This document shows, piece after piece, positions 37,124 through 48,725 of a stretch of DNA of 64,000 nt. Within the stretch, counting starts at the first letter, position 1. Every line of letters begins with the position of its first letter. The stretch lies in assembly GCA_963720545.1 (NCBI GenBank), contig OY970399.1, positions 1,696,001 to 1,760,000 of the forward strand, in the 5' to 3' direction. A program made the position numbers and the translations under genes. The stretch is from an uncultured Acidobacteriota bacterium (lineage in GTDB: Bacteria > Acidobacteriota > Vicinamibacteria > Fen-336). The notes under the pieces were generated by a model. That model was given only the letters and a program-made list of their open reading frames with translations, did no database searches and was not told the origin of the DNA.

Positions 37124-38248
37124 CTATTGGCACCGCCGGTCGGCGATTTGCCTGACCTTGGCCTGGAACGTCTGGACCCACGGGGTTACGTTGGCGGCCG
37201 GCTCCTGGCCGGTGACGGGATCAGGGAACCGTGCGGCGGTGAACATCGCTTCGATCTGCTTGGATGAGAGCTGCGTGAGTCGGGCGGCGAGCAGCGCCCG
37301 GCCCGCTTCAGAAATCACGGTCGGCGGAAATCGATTGCCGTCGTAGGGCAACGACTTCATGCTCACCAGGCAGCTGTGCTCGTCCTCCCAAATGGGCAGC
37401 GCCGTCCACGCGTTGTAGTTGACCCGTCTGGGGCCGAAGGTGGCGCCGAGATCCTGCAGCATGAGCAGTGGCTGGCGGCACGAGGATTGGTCGGCCGTCG
37501 CGCCGGTTTCACCCAGGCACACCAGCCGGTGGTTTGTCGACTTGTTGTCCCAGTGCGCCAGGAACACGGAGATCAGGCGCAGGCCATCGAGCTCGGCCCG
37601 CGCCGCCCCGCCCTTTGAGGCGTCAATGAGCGTGAGCTCCTGGAAGTCCCAGCCCTCGAAGGTGTCCACTTCCACAGCCTTGCCCGTGAACTTCCGTTCC
37701 ACAGACACCGCGTCGAAATCGCGAGGAGTGTTGTAGTCGATCATCAGATCCAGCAGTTTCGTCGCCAGGAACTGCTCTGCGACCTTGCGCATTTCGAACG
37801 GTGAGGCGGGACAGCCGAAGCATCGCACGCGATTCACGAAGGTCACACTGTCGGCCTCGAATCCCAGGGCGGCAAGTAGCCGCGTCGCCGCTATCTCGGC
37901 CTGACGCTCGAGGCTGCGGCCGTATTTGACCTTGACGATCTCACCGTTCTCGAGCCGGCAGTCGAACTTGGACGTCGTGCCGCTCGTCGGTTTCGGGACA
38001 TACTGGCAGGACACGGTGCCGTTGGGATCAAACGGCAACGTCTCGCCCGAGACCCTGGAAAGGTCCAACGAATCGATCGCCGGGGGATCGCCCACAAGCA
38101 CTCGCGCCCGCGAGAGGATTTCCTCCCGGGCTCGCCATCGCGGCGTCGTGTGATCGACCTCGTGCGCCGTGGCGCGAAGCACGGCAAATCTGGCCGGCGG
38201 TATGCACAGGACCACCGCCAATACGAGAAGCAAGGCTCTCCGATGCAC
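37124..38248 (-). CDS. Exported hypothetical protein with atypical kinase-like motifs
   Basis: Hydrophobic N-terminus; SGTTSKF, VKVKY, E, WDNKSTN, QDLGATFG. Confidence 0.65.
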   Translation of the reverse strand: MHRRALLLVLAVVLCIPPARFAVLRATAHEVDHTTPRWRAREEILSRARVLVGDPPAIDSLDLSRVSGETLPFDPNGTVSCQYVPKPTSGTTSKFDCRLENGEIVKVKYGRSLERQAEIAATRLLAALGFEADSVTFVNRVRCFGCPASPFEMRKVAEQFLATKLLDLMIDYNTPRDFDAVSVERKFTGKAVEVDTFEGWDFQELTLIDASKGGAARAELDGLRLISVFLAHWDNKSTNHRLVCLGETGATADQSSCRQPLLMLQDLGATFGPRRVNYNAWTALPIWEDEHSCLVSMKSLPYDGNRFPPTVISEAGRALLAARLTQLSSKQIEAMFTAARFPDPVTGQEPAANVTPWVQTFQAKVRQIADRRCQ

Positions 38249-38343
38249 GTTCGTCGCCTTTCGTGGGCCCGTCTCCCGTTGATGGTGAGGCGACCATGAA
38301 GCCACACATGGCCTTCGCAACGTCGGACCGGCGTCGGGTGTAA

Positions 38344-39797
38344 CTACGGTGTCGGCGCGTCCATCCACACGTGCAGCGCGTCGAAGAAGGCTTGTCCGGT
38401 CTGGTCGACGTAGTCGATTCGGTAGCTCAAGCGGGAAAAGGGCTTAGCCGCCACCACCCTCCCGAACTGCCGCTCCCAGTCGTGGGTTCCCCGGCTGAAC
38501 TGACGGTGGACCGTGCGCTGGGTGCCGTCGTCGTAGTAGACATTGAACACGATGGCGTACGGACCGCCCGTCTCTGAAGCACCAACTGCCTTGCTAAACC
38601 CCTCGAAATGGAGCACCGCTCCCGCCGGACCGCTGACAAAAATGTCCTGAGCAATTCGCTTGCTGACCCCGCCGGCGCCTGTGATGTGGAACGACAAGCC
38701 GCCTTCGAACGGATCGAACATGCGGCTGTCGCCTGAGAGCGCGTCGAGATTCGCCGTCCGCCAGCTGCGGGGAAAGCTGTCGCTCGCCGCCGAGGGCTCT
38801 TCGAGCGACGCGTTGAGGAGCAGTTCTTTGTCGAGGATCACAGCCAGGTTGCCAGAGTCACCAGTACTAAGCGGCACGTAGATCCGCCCAAGGCGCTGGT
38901 CGACACTGATCCCAGTACCCAAGGCACCGCTGAACTGGAACCGCCGCGTGATCTGGCGGGTGAGCCCGTCGATTTCCACTAGCGGCGACACCCCGAAGTC
39001 GCCGATGCCGGCGTTACAGTACACCTTGTTCGTCCGCTCGTTCACGGCCACGACGTAGGGCCTGAAGAAGGACAACCCGAGGGTGTTTGCGTCGATCGTC
39101 GCCACGACCTTGTTGGTCCGGCCGCTGATCACGGACATGGAATTGCTCCCGGGGTTGGCAACGTAGATGAGGTTCGTGGTCCGGTTGACCGCAACTTGAG
39201 AAGGGCTGTCGCCGACGCGTATGGTCTTGATCACGGAATTGGTCGTGGTATCTACCACGACGAGCTTGCCGTGTTGTCGGAGGCCTCGGGTAACGTAGAG
39301 GCGATGCGCCAGGGCAAGCCCATGCGCATTCGACACGACACCGATCGTCACGCTGCTGACGAGGGTATTGCTCGCATCGAGGATGTCCACGCGGGTGAGG
39401 TCGCCATAGCCGACGTAGACGCGGCCAGTCATGGCATCCACGGCCAGACTGGCCGGTTTGCCGGCGAGCGCGACGCTCGCAACAACCGTGTTCGAGACGC
39501 CGTCGATGATTGACAGCGATTATCGAGGAAGCTGGCGACGTAGACACGATTCGTCGCGGTGTTCACGGCGATCGCTCCGGGCTCGGTGCCGACTGGAACC
39601 GTGGCGAGCACGGTGCTCGACGCGCCGTCGATCACCGTGACCGAGTCGGCGCCACTGTTGGCGACATAGACCCGTCCCGTCATCGGATTGAAAGCGGAAC
39701 CGGCCGGCAACCGCCCGGTGATGACCGCACTGGCGTTTGCGGCAGCGAGGAAAACAAAAATAACGGCGGGAACGGCGATCTTCAACGAACGGTGCAT
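38344..39797 (-). pseudogene. YVTN/YncE beta-propeller with C-terminal CBM-like domain, frameshift at about 39518
   Basis: VYVAN..VTVID repeats continue in another frame after FLDN; C-terminal NASLE...GTHDW..AFFD. Confidence 0.75.
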
Positions 39798-40021
39798 GGC
39801 AGCCCTCCCTCGCGACGACAAGGAGGACCAGAACACACTGCGTGCCTTCGAGTCAACGTTCCCCAGGCTGCGAGCAACAACGACGTGAAGTGGTTGGATC
39901 TACAACGTGTGGAACGCGGCCTCGGCCGCGCAGGTGGTCGAAATCCAGCTCCGGAGGTACCAAGGAGGCACCAGAGATTTCCAGCAGCCTAGTGGTCGAC
40001 TCGTATCTTATTGACTCGATA

Positions 40022-40098
40022 TGGTGCACCCCGGGTGACTCGAACACCCAACCTACAGATTCGTAGTCTGTTGCTCTATCCAATTGAGCTAGGGGTGC
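40022..40098 (-). tRNA. tRNA-Arg (anticodon ACG)
   Basis: GCACCCC acceptor stem, ACAGA-CTACGAA-TCTGT anticodon arm, GTTCGAGTC T-loop, encoded CCA, 77 nt. Confidence 0.97.
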
Positions 40099-40122
40099 GT
40101 GGCGCGAAGCGGTAATTATAGA

Positions 40123-40830
40123 TCAGGAGGCCGCTTTCCAGGCGGCTACGCCGAGCACGAAGACGAGCCAGGGGATGGCTACGCCCCATATCGCGGATGA
40201 GGTTGGCTTGCGGATGGCGGCGCCGTAGCAGATGGCCAGGAGGAACATCGACCACAGGGTGAAGAGGTCGATGCTCTTGGCCAGGTGGTAGGCCACTTTC
40301 GAGGCGGTGCCGCGGTCGAGGAGCACGCCGAGATTGGCGCCGATCACTTCGGTTGGATTGAGGTTCCAGTCCCCCTTCAGGTACATGATGAGAAGCATCA
40401 GCGGAATCGTTATCGCGCCGATGGCCATGACGTTGTGGCCGACGATGCCGGCCGACTGCTTGAAGGTGAGGTCAGGCGCCGAGTAGGCGAAGCGGTAGAT
40501 CAGCCAGTTGAGAAGACCCAGGCCGAGGACGAGGGCCGGGACGAAGACGAACGGACCCGCCCAAGCAATGATCGTGAAGAACTTTGCCTGGACCTCCAGG
40601 GCTTGCGGACGGTTCGCCGGCTCCACCTTGTCGAGCGTGCCATTCTCCTCGTTCTGGATCTTCATGAACTCGACCGGGTTCACCTTCTGCATCCAGAAGA
40701 TCGTGAACGCCAGGTTCATCAGCACCACGCAGAGTAGCGCCGTCCAAGGCTTCGGGTCCGCTGCGATTTCCTTCGCGGTGTCTTTCGGCGAGAACCAAAG
40801 GCCCGGAATCCGTGCGAGCACGCCCATCAC
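40123..40830 (-). CDS. Yip1-domain membrane protein
   Basis: FSPKDT....P.PW, about 5 TM, IDLFTLW; last gene of the ABC operon. Confidence 0.78.
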   Translation of the reverse strand: MMGVLARIPGLWFSPKDTAKEIAADPKPWTALLCVVLMNLAFTIFWMQKVNPVEFMKIQNEENGTLDKVEPANRPQALEVQAKFFTIIAWAGPFVFVPALVLGLGLLNWLIYRFAYSAPDLTFKQSAGIVGHNVMAIGAITIPLMLLIMYLKGDWNLNPTEVIGANLGVLLDRGTASKVAYHLAKSIDLFTLWSMFLLAICYGAAIRKPTSSAIWGVAIPWLVFVLGVAAWKAAS

Positions 40831-40869
40831 AGCCTCCCCCGGCCCAGGCCAACGGGAGGGCCGGCCTCC

Positions 40870-42125
<1,256 letters not shown>

Positions 42126-42129
<4 letters not shown>

Positions 42130-43367
42130 TCGTTCCTCAGCGCTTCCACCGGGTCGAGCGCCGCAGCGCGTCCGGCGGGATAGATGCCGGCCACGAGACC
42201 CACCGTGCTGGCGACGCCGATGGCGACGGCCACGGCCCACAGGCGCACCGGCGCCGTGAAGTCGGCGGACATGATCCCGCCGAGCACCTTCGACAACACG
42301 AACGAGAAGGCCGCCGCCCCGAGTATGCCGAGCATGCCGCCCACCATCGAGAGCACCACCGACTCCACCAGGAACTGGCGCAGGATGTCGCGGCGGCGCG
42401 CGCCCAGCGCCTTGCGCACGCCGATCTCGCGGATCCGCTCGGTCACCGACACCAGCATGATGTTCATCACGACGATACCGCCGATGAGCAGGCTCATGCC
42501 GGTGACCACGATGGTGACGACGTAGAGCCCCTGGGTGATGCTGTTCCACAGGTCCATCACCGACTGCCCGGTTTCCACGGCGAAGTCGTCGGGTTCGTTG
42601 AAGCTGAGGTGGCGGCGGATGCGGGTGGCGACGCGCGCCTCGTCCTGCGCGCGCTCGAAGTCGTCCATGGAGCGCGCCTCGATCTGGATGATGATCGAGC
42701 GGCGATTGCCGAAGAACTTCTCGAAGGTGGAGATGGGAATCCAGGCGAAGTTGTCCTGGCTCTCACCGAAGACGCTGCCCTTCTTCTCGGCGACGCCCAC
42801 CACCAGCACCGGCCGGCTGGCGATGGCGATGGTCTTGCCGAGCGGCTCGGTCTGCCCGAACAGCGCCTCGGCGACGTCGGTGCCGATGACCGCCACCGGG
42901 CGCGCGCTGTCGATGTCGTCGGGAATCAGCAAACGTCCCGCCTCGACGTCGCGCGGGCTGCCGATGCGCGGAACGTTCTCGGTGATGCCCATGATCTGCA
43001 CGCCGCGCTGCGTGGTGCGCCCGAACTTCGCCTCCTGCGCGGTGTTCACCTGCGCGCCGATCTCGGCGCACGAGGGGCAGGTGCGCTTCACGAACTCGAG
43101 GTCGCCGACGTGGATGTCCTTGCGCTTCTGCATCTCCAGCCACTGCTCGCGGCTGGTGATGATGTCGGGCATCTTCTGGATGTAGAAACTCTTGCTGCCG
43201 AGCGCCAGCACCTTCTCGCTCATGTAGCCGTCGAGCCCCTCGGTGATCGCGACGACCGCCACCACCGAAGCGACGCCGATGAGGATGCCCAGCACCGTCA
43301 GGAACGAGCGCAGCTTGTTGGAGCGGAGCGAGGTGAGCGCGATGCGCACCGCTTCGAAGAACGGCAT
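42126..43367 (-). CDS. MacB/FtsX-type ABC permease
   Basis: RSFLTVLGILIG, VMNIMLVSVTERIREIG, DPVEALR. Confidence 0.93.
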
Positions 43368-44120
43368 CTAGGCCTTGACGACGGCGGGGTTCTTCTCGTC
43401 GCTCTCGACCTTGCCGTCGCGGATGTGGATGACGCGGTGGGCGTGGTCGGCGATGTCGCGCTCATGGGTGACGACGATGATGGTGTTGCCCTTCGAGTGC
43501 AGCGTCTCGAACAGGCGCATGATCTCTTCGCCGGTGGCGCTGTCGAGGTTGCCGGTGGGCTCGTCCGCGAGCAGGATCGACGGCCCCATGACGAGCGCGC
43601 GGGCGATGGCGACGCGCTGGCGCTGGCCGCCGGACAGCTCGGACGGCTTGTGGCTCATGCGCTGCGACAGGTCGACCATGTCGAGCGCCTGCTTCGCCTT
43701 CTCGATGCGCTTGTCTTTGGGAATGCCGGCGTAGACGAGAGGCAGCTCGACGTTTTGCAGCGCCGAGGCGCGCGGCAGCAGGTTGAAGGTCTGGAAGACG
43801 AAGCCGATTTCCTTGTTGCGCACCGCCGCCAGTTCGTCGTCGTCCATCTGCGACACCACCTTGCCCTGCAGCACGTAGGTGCCGCGCGACGGCGTGTCGA
43901 GGCAGCCGATGAGGTTCATGAGCGTCGACTTGCCCGAGCCGGACGGCCCCATGATGGCGACGTACTCGTTGGGCTTGATGTCGAAGCTGACGCCGCGCAA
44001 GGCGTGGATCTCTTCCGAGCCCATCTGGTAGGTGCGCCAGAGGTCTTCGGTGTGTATGACCGCGCCGTTTGCGTTCTTGAGGGCCTGGGCGTTCGTGCTG
44101 GCGCTGGCGCTGCTGCTCAT
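43368..44120 (-). CDS. ABC transporter ATP-binding protein (LolD/MacB-type)
   Basis: [31 protein letters not shown]. Confidence 0.95.
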   Translation of the reverse strand: MSSSASASTNAQALKNANGAVIHTEDLWRTYQMGSEEIHALRGVSFDIKPNEYVAIMGPSGSGKSTLMNLIGCLDTPSRGTYVLQGKVVSQMDDDELAAVRNKEIGFVFQTFNLLPRASALQNVELPLVYAGIPKDKRIEKAKQALDMVDLSQRMSHKPSELSGGQRQRVAIARALVMGPSILLADEPTGNLDSATGEEIMRLFETLHSKGNTIIVVTHERDIADHAHRVIHIRDGKVESDEKNPAVVKA

Positions 44121-45421
44121 GCCTGGCCGCCCTTGCGGACTTCGGGCTTCACCTTGGCGTCCTCCTTGAGGGTGCGCAGCGCCTTGTACGAGCCGGTGAC
44201 GATGTCGTCGCCGCTCTTCAGGCCGTCGGTGATCTCGATGTCGGTGTCGCCGATGATGCCGGTCTTCACCGAGCGGAACGCCGCCTTGCCGGCGTTCACC
44301 ACGAACACGCCTTCCTTCTCCTCCACCTTGGTTTTGATGGTGGTGACGGTGTTTACGTTGCCGGTGTCGTTCGGCACCGCCTCGTCGCCCGGGTTCACCA
44401 CCTTGCCGTTCGCGTCCACGGTGCGCGCCACCACCGCCTGGATGGGCACCGCGAGCACCTTCTCCTTGCGCGCCGTGGTGATGTCGGCGGTGGCGTTCAG
44501 GCCCGGGCGGATGGTGGACGGCGGATCCGCGAGCGTGATGGTGACCTTGAAGTCCTTCGCCTGGTTTGCGGTGCTCTGGTTGGCGCTTGCCGCCGCCACA
44601 GTGCCGCCGCGCGCGACTGCCGACGAGCCGATCTCGGTGACCGAACCCTTGATCTTCAGGTCCTGCAGCGCGTCGACGCGGATCTCGGCGGACTGCCCGA
44701 GCGCCAGGTTGCGGATGTCGGTCTCGTCCACCATCACCTCGCACTCCATCACCGAAAGGTCGGCGACGGTCATGATGACGGTGGGCTGAAAGCTCTGCGC
44801 GCCGATCACCACTTCGCCCTCTTCCTTCACCAGGCTCGTGACGTAGCCGTCCATGGGTGAGGCGACAGTGGTCTTGTCGAGGTTGTCCTTGACGCTAACG
44901 TAGCCGGCCTGGGTCTGGGAGACGCGGCGCTTCAGCGCATCGACGTTCGCCAGCTGCATGTTGATCTGCGCGGCCGACTCGTCGTACTGCTGGTCGGAGA
45001 CGAGCTGCTCGACGTGCATCTTCTTCATTCTTTCGAATGCCAGGCGGTTCATCGCGAGTTCGGCCTCGGCGCGGTTCAGCTCGGCGCGCTGCGCCTGCAC
45101 CGCGGCGCGCGACTGGTCGGCGTCGGCGACGAACCGCGCCGAGTCGATGCGCACCAGCACCTGGCCCTTCTTCACCCTATCCCCTTCCTTCACAAGGAGT
45201 TCGGTGATTCGGCCGGAGACGTTGGCGCTGATGTCCACGAACTTCTGGGGCTTCACCTCGCCGGAGGCCGATACGATGGACGTGAGGTCTTTCAGGCCGG
45301 CCTTCTGGATCTGGACCTCGACGGTCTTGCGGCTCTCGCGATTGATGCTGATCGCCACGACCGCGCCCAGGATTGCGACTCCGACAACGGATCCCAGGAT
45401 GATCCGGCTCTTTTTGGTCAA
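44117..45421 (-). CDS. Membrane fusion (periplasmic adaptor) protein
   Basis: N-terminal [13 protein letters not shown] lipoyl-like motif, coiled coil, SPMDG, VDETD, RPGL. Confidence 0.92.
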   Translation of the reverse strand: MTKKSRIILGSVVGVAILGAVVAISINRESRKTVEVQIQKAGLKDLTSIVSASGEVKPQKFVDISANVSGRITELLVKEGDRVKKGQVLVRIDSARFVADADQSRAAVQAQRAELNRAEAELAMNRLAFERMKKMHVEQLVSDQQYDESAAQINMQLANVDALKRRVSQTQAGYVSVKDNLDKTTVASPMDGYVTSLVKEEGEVVIGAQSFQPTVIMTVADLSVMECEVMVDETDIRNLALGQSAEIRVDALQDLKIKGSVTEIGSSAVARGGTVAAASANQSTANQAKDFKVTITLADPPSTIRPGLNATADITTARKEKVLAVPIQAVVARTVDANGKVVNPGDEAVPNDTGNVNTVTTIKTKVEEKEGVFVVNAGKAAFRSVKTGIIGDTDIEITDGLKSGDDIVTGSYKALRTLKEDAKVKPEVRKGGQA

Positions 45422-45467
45422 GGGGGCCTACCTCCAGGCACACGACGAAGCGGGGTGTCACCTCAAG

Positions 45468-45492
45468 TACGCACGGACACCCCAAAGGTTCC
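45468..45492 (-). promoter_or_regulatory. ECF (SigW-like) promoter for the ABC/MFP operon
   Basis: Minus strand GGAAC-N16-CGTA. Confidence 0.6.
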
Positions 45493-45531
45493 TCAAACCA
45501 GATGATATTCGATTGGCCTGGCGCGCCGTTT

Positions 45532-46938
45532 TCAGAGCTTGAGGAAGCTCCATTCCCGGCTGAAAGGCACGCGGCTCATGAGCACGGAATGGTCTTTCAG
45601 CACCACTAAACGGTCGCTCGGGTTGACGCCGACTCCGAGTTTCGCGTCGTAGAGGCCCGGCTCCACCGAAAACGTCATGCCTTCCTCGATGGGGGTGTCG
45701 TCGCCGAGGGCCAGGTAGGGCGGCTGGTGGCCTTCGTAGTTCTGGCCCTGCCCATGGCCGGGCCGGTGATAGATCCGCTCCTGCATGCCGTTCTTGATCT
45801 GGTGCTCGTGAACCTTTTGCGCGACTTCGGAGCAGAGGCGTCCGGGGCGAGTCTCCTCCACCATGATCTGCACGGTCTCGGCCACCACCAGCCACATCTT
45901 TTCGTGTGTCGGGTCGTTGGGGGCGATGAGGTAGTTGCGGTAGCACTCGCCGCCGTAGCCGCCGAGCAGGATGTCGCAGTTGACGTAGAGCGGCCCGCCG
46001 CGCGCGATCTTCGTGTGAAAGAACTGGTTGGGATGCGGGAACGCGGTGGCGACGCCGGCGCGCACGTATTGCCAGGTGACGTCGATGCCGACGGCGCTGT
46101 GCGGCTTGCCGTCGCGCTTCACGTCTTTCATCATCAGGTTGATGCCGTAGGCCGAGAGCGCCTGGCCCACCTCGAAGTCGGTCGCCCGCAGGCCGCGCTC
46201 GAGGATGTAGTCGCGCGCGAACGCGTGCACCTTGTCGAAGTAGCGGTAGGCGCGCTGCGTGAGGGCGATCTCTTCCGGTGTCTTGAGGATCCGCATCTTC
46301 AGGCAGTCGTCGCCGATGCCGATGACTCGCGCCTTCGGCAGCACGCGCTTCAAAGTCTCGCGGCGCGCGTCGCTCAGCTCGACGTCGAGGGCGATCGTCT
46401 TCTCGGCGAAGCCGCGCTTCGCGAGGCCGGTCAACACCCACTCCCACAGGTCCACGCGCTGGCCGCGCGCCGCGGTGCCGCGGTTGGGGAACGAGCCTGC
46501 CACGTGCGGGTAGCAGAAGTAGTACTCGTTCTCGGTGCACCACCACGACGAGATGAGGTCGCGGTCGATGCCGGGCGAATACCAGTAGACGGTGTCCTTT
46601 TCCTTGACCGGGAAGAGCGCCCAGGTGGTGCGCTCGCCGCTCTGGTGGAAGCAGCCCGTGTAGTAGACGATGTTGTCGTCGTCCTGCAGGAGCACCACGT
46701 CGGCGCCCGCGGCCGCCGCCTTGTCCTTCAGGCGCTGCGCGGTTGCCTGGTACCAGGCGAGCGGCAGCCGGTCGTAGCCGAGCGGCGCTGGTTCGGGCTG
46801 CACGCGGTCCTTGACGAGGAGCGCTTCCGAACCGCCCCCGGCCGCGGTTCCGGCGAAAGCCATGTCGGCGGCGACGGTGTTGGCGGCGGCCAGCCCGAGG
46901 CCCATCTCTCGAATGAAACGGCGGCGCGGTTGGTCCAT
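45532..46938 (-). CDS. M24 (Xaa-Pro peptidase/creatinase fold) protein with Tat-like signal
   Basis: RRRF signal; R.LKTPEEI; HRPGHGQG; GMTFSVEPGLY. Confidence 0.85.
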   Translation of the reverse strand: MDQPRRRFIREMGLGLAAANTVAADMAFAGTAAGGGSEALLVKDRVQPEPAPLGYDRLPLAWYQATAQRLKDKAAAAGADVVLLQDDDNIVYYTGCFHQSGERTTWALFPVKEKDTVYWYSPGIDRDLISSWWCTENEYYFCYPHVAGSFPNRGTAARGQRVDLWEWVLTGLAKRGFAEKTIALDVELSDARRETLKRVLPKARVIGIGDDCLKMRILKTPEEIALTQRAYRYFDKVHAFARDYILERGLRATDFEVGQALSAYGINLMMKDVKRDGKPHSAVGIDVTWQYVRAGVATAFPHPNQFFHTKIARGGPLYVNCDILLGGYGGECYRNYLIAPNDPTHEKMWLVVAETVQIMVEETRPGRLCSEVAQKVHEHQIKNGMQERIYHRPGHGQGQNYEGHQPPYLALGDDTPIEEGMTFSVEPGLYDAKLGVGVNPSDRLVVLKDHSVLMSRVPFSREWSFLKL

Positions 46939-46947
46939 GAGCGGATG

Positions 46948-47829
46948 CTAGCCGAGCCCGCGCGCCAGCTCTCCGGCGACCCGTGCGTTGCTGCGCAGGA
47001 GGGCGCGGTTGGCGTCGACGCTGCGGCCGCCGCTCGCCTGGCGCATCGCTTCGAGGAGCGCCGGCGTCGCGTCACGGCCCGTCGCCTCGGGCGCACGCAG
47101 GGCAGCAGCGAGCGCGTGGTCGTAGACATCCGCGCGCAACTCGTCCTTCTCGGGAATCGGGTTGCCGATGACGATGCCGGTGCCGATGCCGAGCTTGAAG
47201 TGCGCGCCCACAGCGCGCGCCAGGCTCTCGATGTCGTCGAAGCGCGCATCGACGGGAAGTCCGCTCGCGCGGCGATAGAACGCCGGCAGCTCGCCCGTGC
47301 CAAAGCCGTAAACCGGCACGCCCAGCGTCTCGAGCATCTCGCGCGTGCGCGGCAGGTCGAGGATCGCCTTGGCGCCGGCGCACACGACCGCGACCGGGAA
47401 GCGCTTCAGGGCGAACAGGTCGCCGGAGATGTCGCCCGTCTCCGCGGCGCCGCGATGCACGCCGCCGATGCCCCCGGTCGCGAACACGGCGATGCCAGAG
47501 TGGTGCGCGGCGAACATCGTCGCCGCCACTGTCAAAGAACCGTTGGCATGCGCGGCGAGATTGGCGAGGTTGAGCTTGGCCACGTTCGGGATGGCGGCGA
47601 GCCGGCGCAGTTGTGCTTCGTCGAGACCAACGATGAGCCTGCCGTCGAGGACGCCGCTCGTCGCGGGGATGGCACCGGCGCCGCGCACCTCCGCCTCCAT
47701 CTCTAGCGCCGTGTCGACGCCTTGGGGATGTGGCAGGCCATGGGTGACGACTGTCGTCTCGAGCGCCACCACGGGACGGCCGCTCGCGATCGCGGCCGCA
47801 ACATCCGCGCTCACGACGATGGCGGTCAT
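46948..47829 (-). CDS. psuG: Pseudouridine-5'-phosphate glycosidase
   Basis: VALETTVVTHG, TVAATM, FATGGIGGVHRG..DISGDL, AGAKAILD. Confidence 0.93.
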   Translation of the reverse strand: MTAIVVSADVAAAIASGRPVVALETTVVTHGLPHPQGVDTALEMEAEVRGAGAIPATSGVLDGRLIVGLDEAQLRRLAAIPNVAKLNLANLAAHANGSLTVAATMFAAHHSGIAVFATGGIGGVHRGAAETGDISGDLFALKRFPVAVVCAGAKAILDLPRTREMLETLGVPVYGFGTGELPAFYRRASGLPVDARFDDIESLARAVGAHFKLGIGTGIVIGNPIPEKDELRADVYDHALAAALRAPEATGRDATPALLEAMRQASGGRSVDANRALLRSNARVAGELARGLG

Positions 47830-48725
47830 GCCGGAAACCAGTCGCCCAGGCGCTTCTCGGCGCGCTCCGGCGTCGCCGCCAGCAAGCCGCCGATACCCCA
47901 TCCCGCGATCGCGAAGCTGGCCGTGACGATGCCGCGCTGGACGCAGCGCTCGGCAGTGTCGCCGGCGAGCCAGCCGGCGAGGTAGCCGGCCGCGAACGCA
48001 TCGCCGCCGCCGGTGGTATCGACGACGCCGTCGTGTCGCGGCGGCCAGCGGTGCCAGCCGTCCGCATCGCGCCAGCAGCCGCCGTCCCGCCCCTGCTTCA
48101 GCGCCAGCACCGAAGTGCGGCCGCCCCACAGCCGATCGAGTGTCGAGCGCGGGTCGCCGCGGTCGTGCGGGACCAGCAGTTCGTCGGCGCTCAGGAAGAA
48201 GAGGTCGCCGGCGCCCGCGAGCCGCTGGCCAATCTCCCATGTTTCTTCGGTCAACAGCAGGTACGGGTCGAGCGACAACTGCGCCTGCGTGATCTTCGCC
48301 AGGTCGCCGGCGATCTCCAGCTGGATCTCGTACGGCATCGGCGCCACGTGAAAGGCGCGCGCGCCCAGCCAGTGCGGTGGCAGGTCGGTGACGCGCGGCG
48401 TCACCGCGGCAAGCGGCGGCGAGGCGAGATGGTGGACGAGGTGGCGGATGGGCCCTTCGTAGAGGAGCCAGTTGCGCACGCCAGGCCCGTCGATGGTGCG
48501 CACGCCTTCGAGTGCCACGCCGCGCTGCGCCAGCAGCTCGAGCGCCGCGCGTGGATAGTCGCGGTCGCGCAGCGTGACGATGCCGACCTGCACCCGCCAG
48601 AGCGCCGCCGCCAGGCCGAAGTACAAGGCGGCACCCCCGGGTTCGCCAAAACGGGTGCGGCCATCCTCGAAAACGACGTCGTCGGTGAGCAGGTGGCCGA
48701 AGACGACGAGGTCGGGCGCGCTCAC
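47826..48725 (-). CDS. PfkB family carbohydrate/nucleoside kinase
   Basis: PGGAALY, LDP, KQGRDG, VDTTGGGDAFAAG; overlaps both neighbours. Confidence 0.88.
   Translation of the reverse strand: MSAPDLVVFGHLLTDDVVFEDGRTRFGEPGGAALYFGLAAALWRVQVGIVTLRDRDYPRAALELLAQRGVALEGVRTIDGPGVRNWLLYEGPIRHLVHHLASPPLAAVTPRVTDLPPHWLGARAFHVAPMPYEIQLEIAGDLAKITQAQLSLDPYLLLTEETWEIGQRLAGAGDLFFLSADELLVPHDRGDPRSTLDRLWGGRTSVLALKQGRDGGCWRDADGWHRWPPRHDGVVDTTGGGDAFAAGYLAGWLAGDTAERCVQRGIVTASFAIAGWGIGGLLAATPERAEKRLGDWFPA

Noticed and set aside
39842..40083. Short ORFs over the tRNA region, or an integrase remnant
   Set aside because: They overlap tRNA-Arg and show no tyrosine-recombinase motifs
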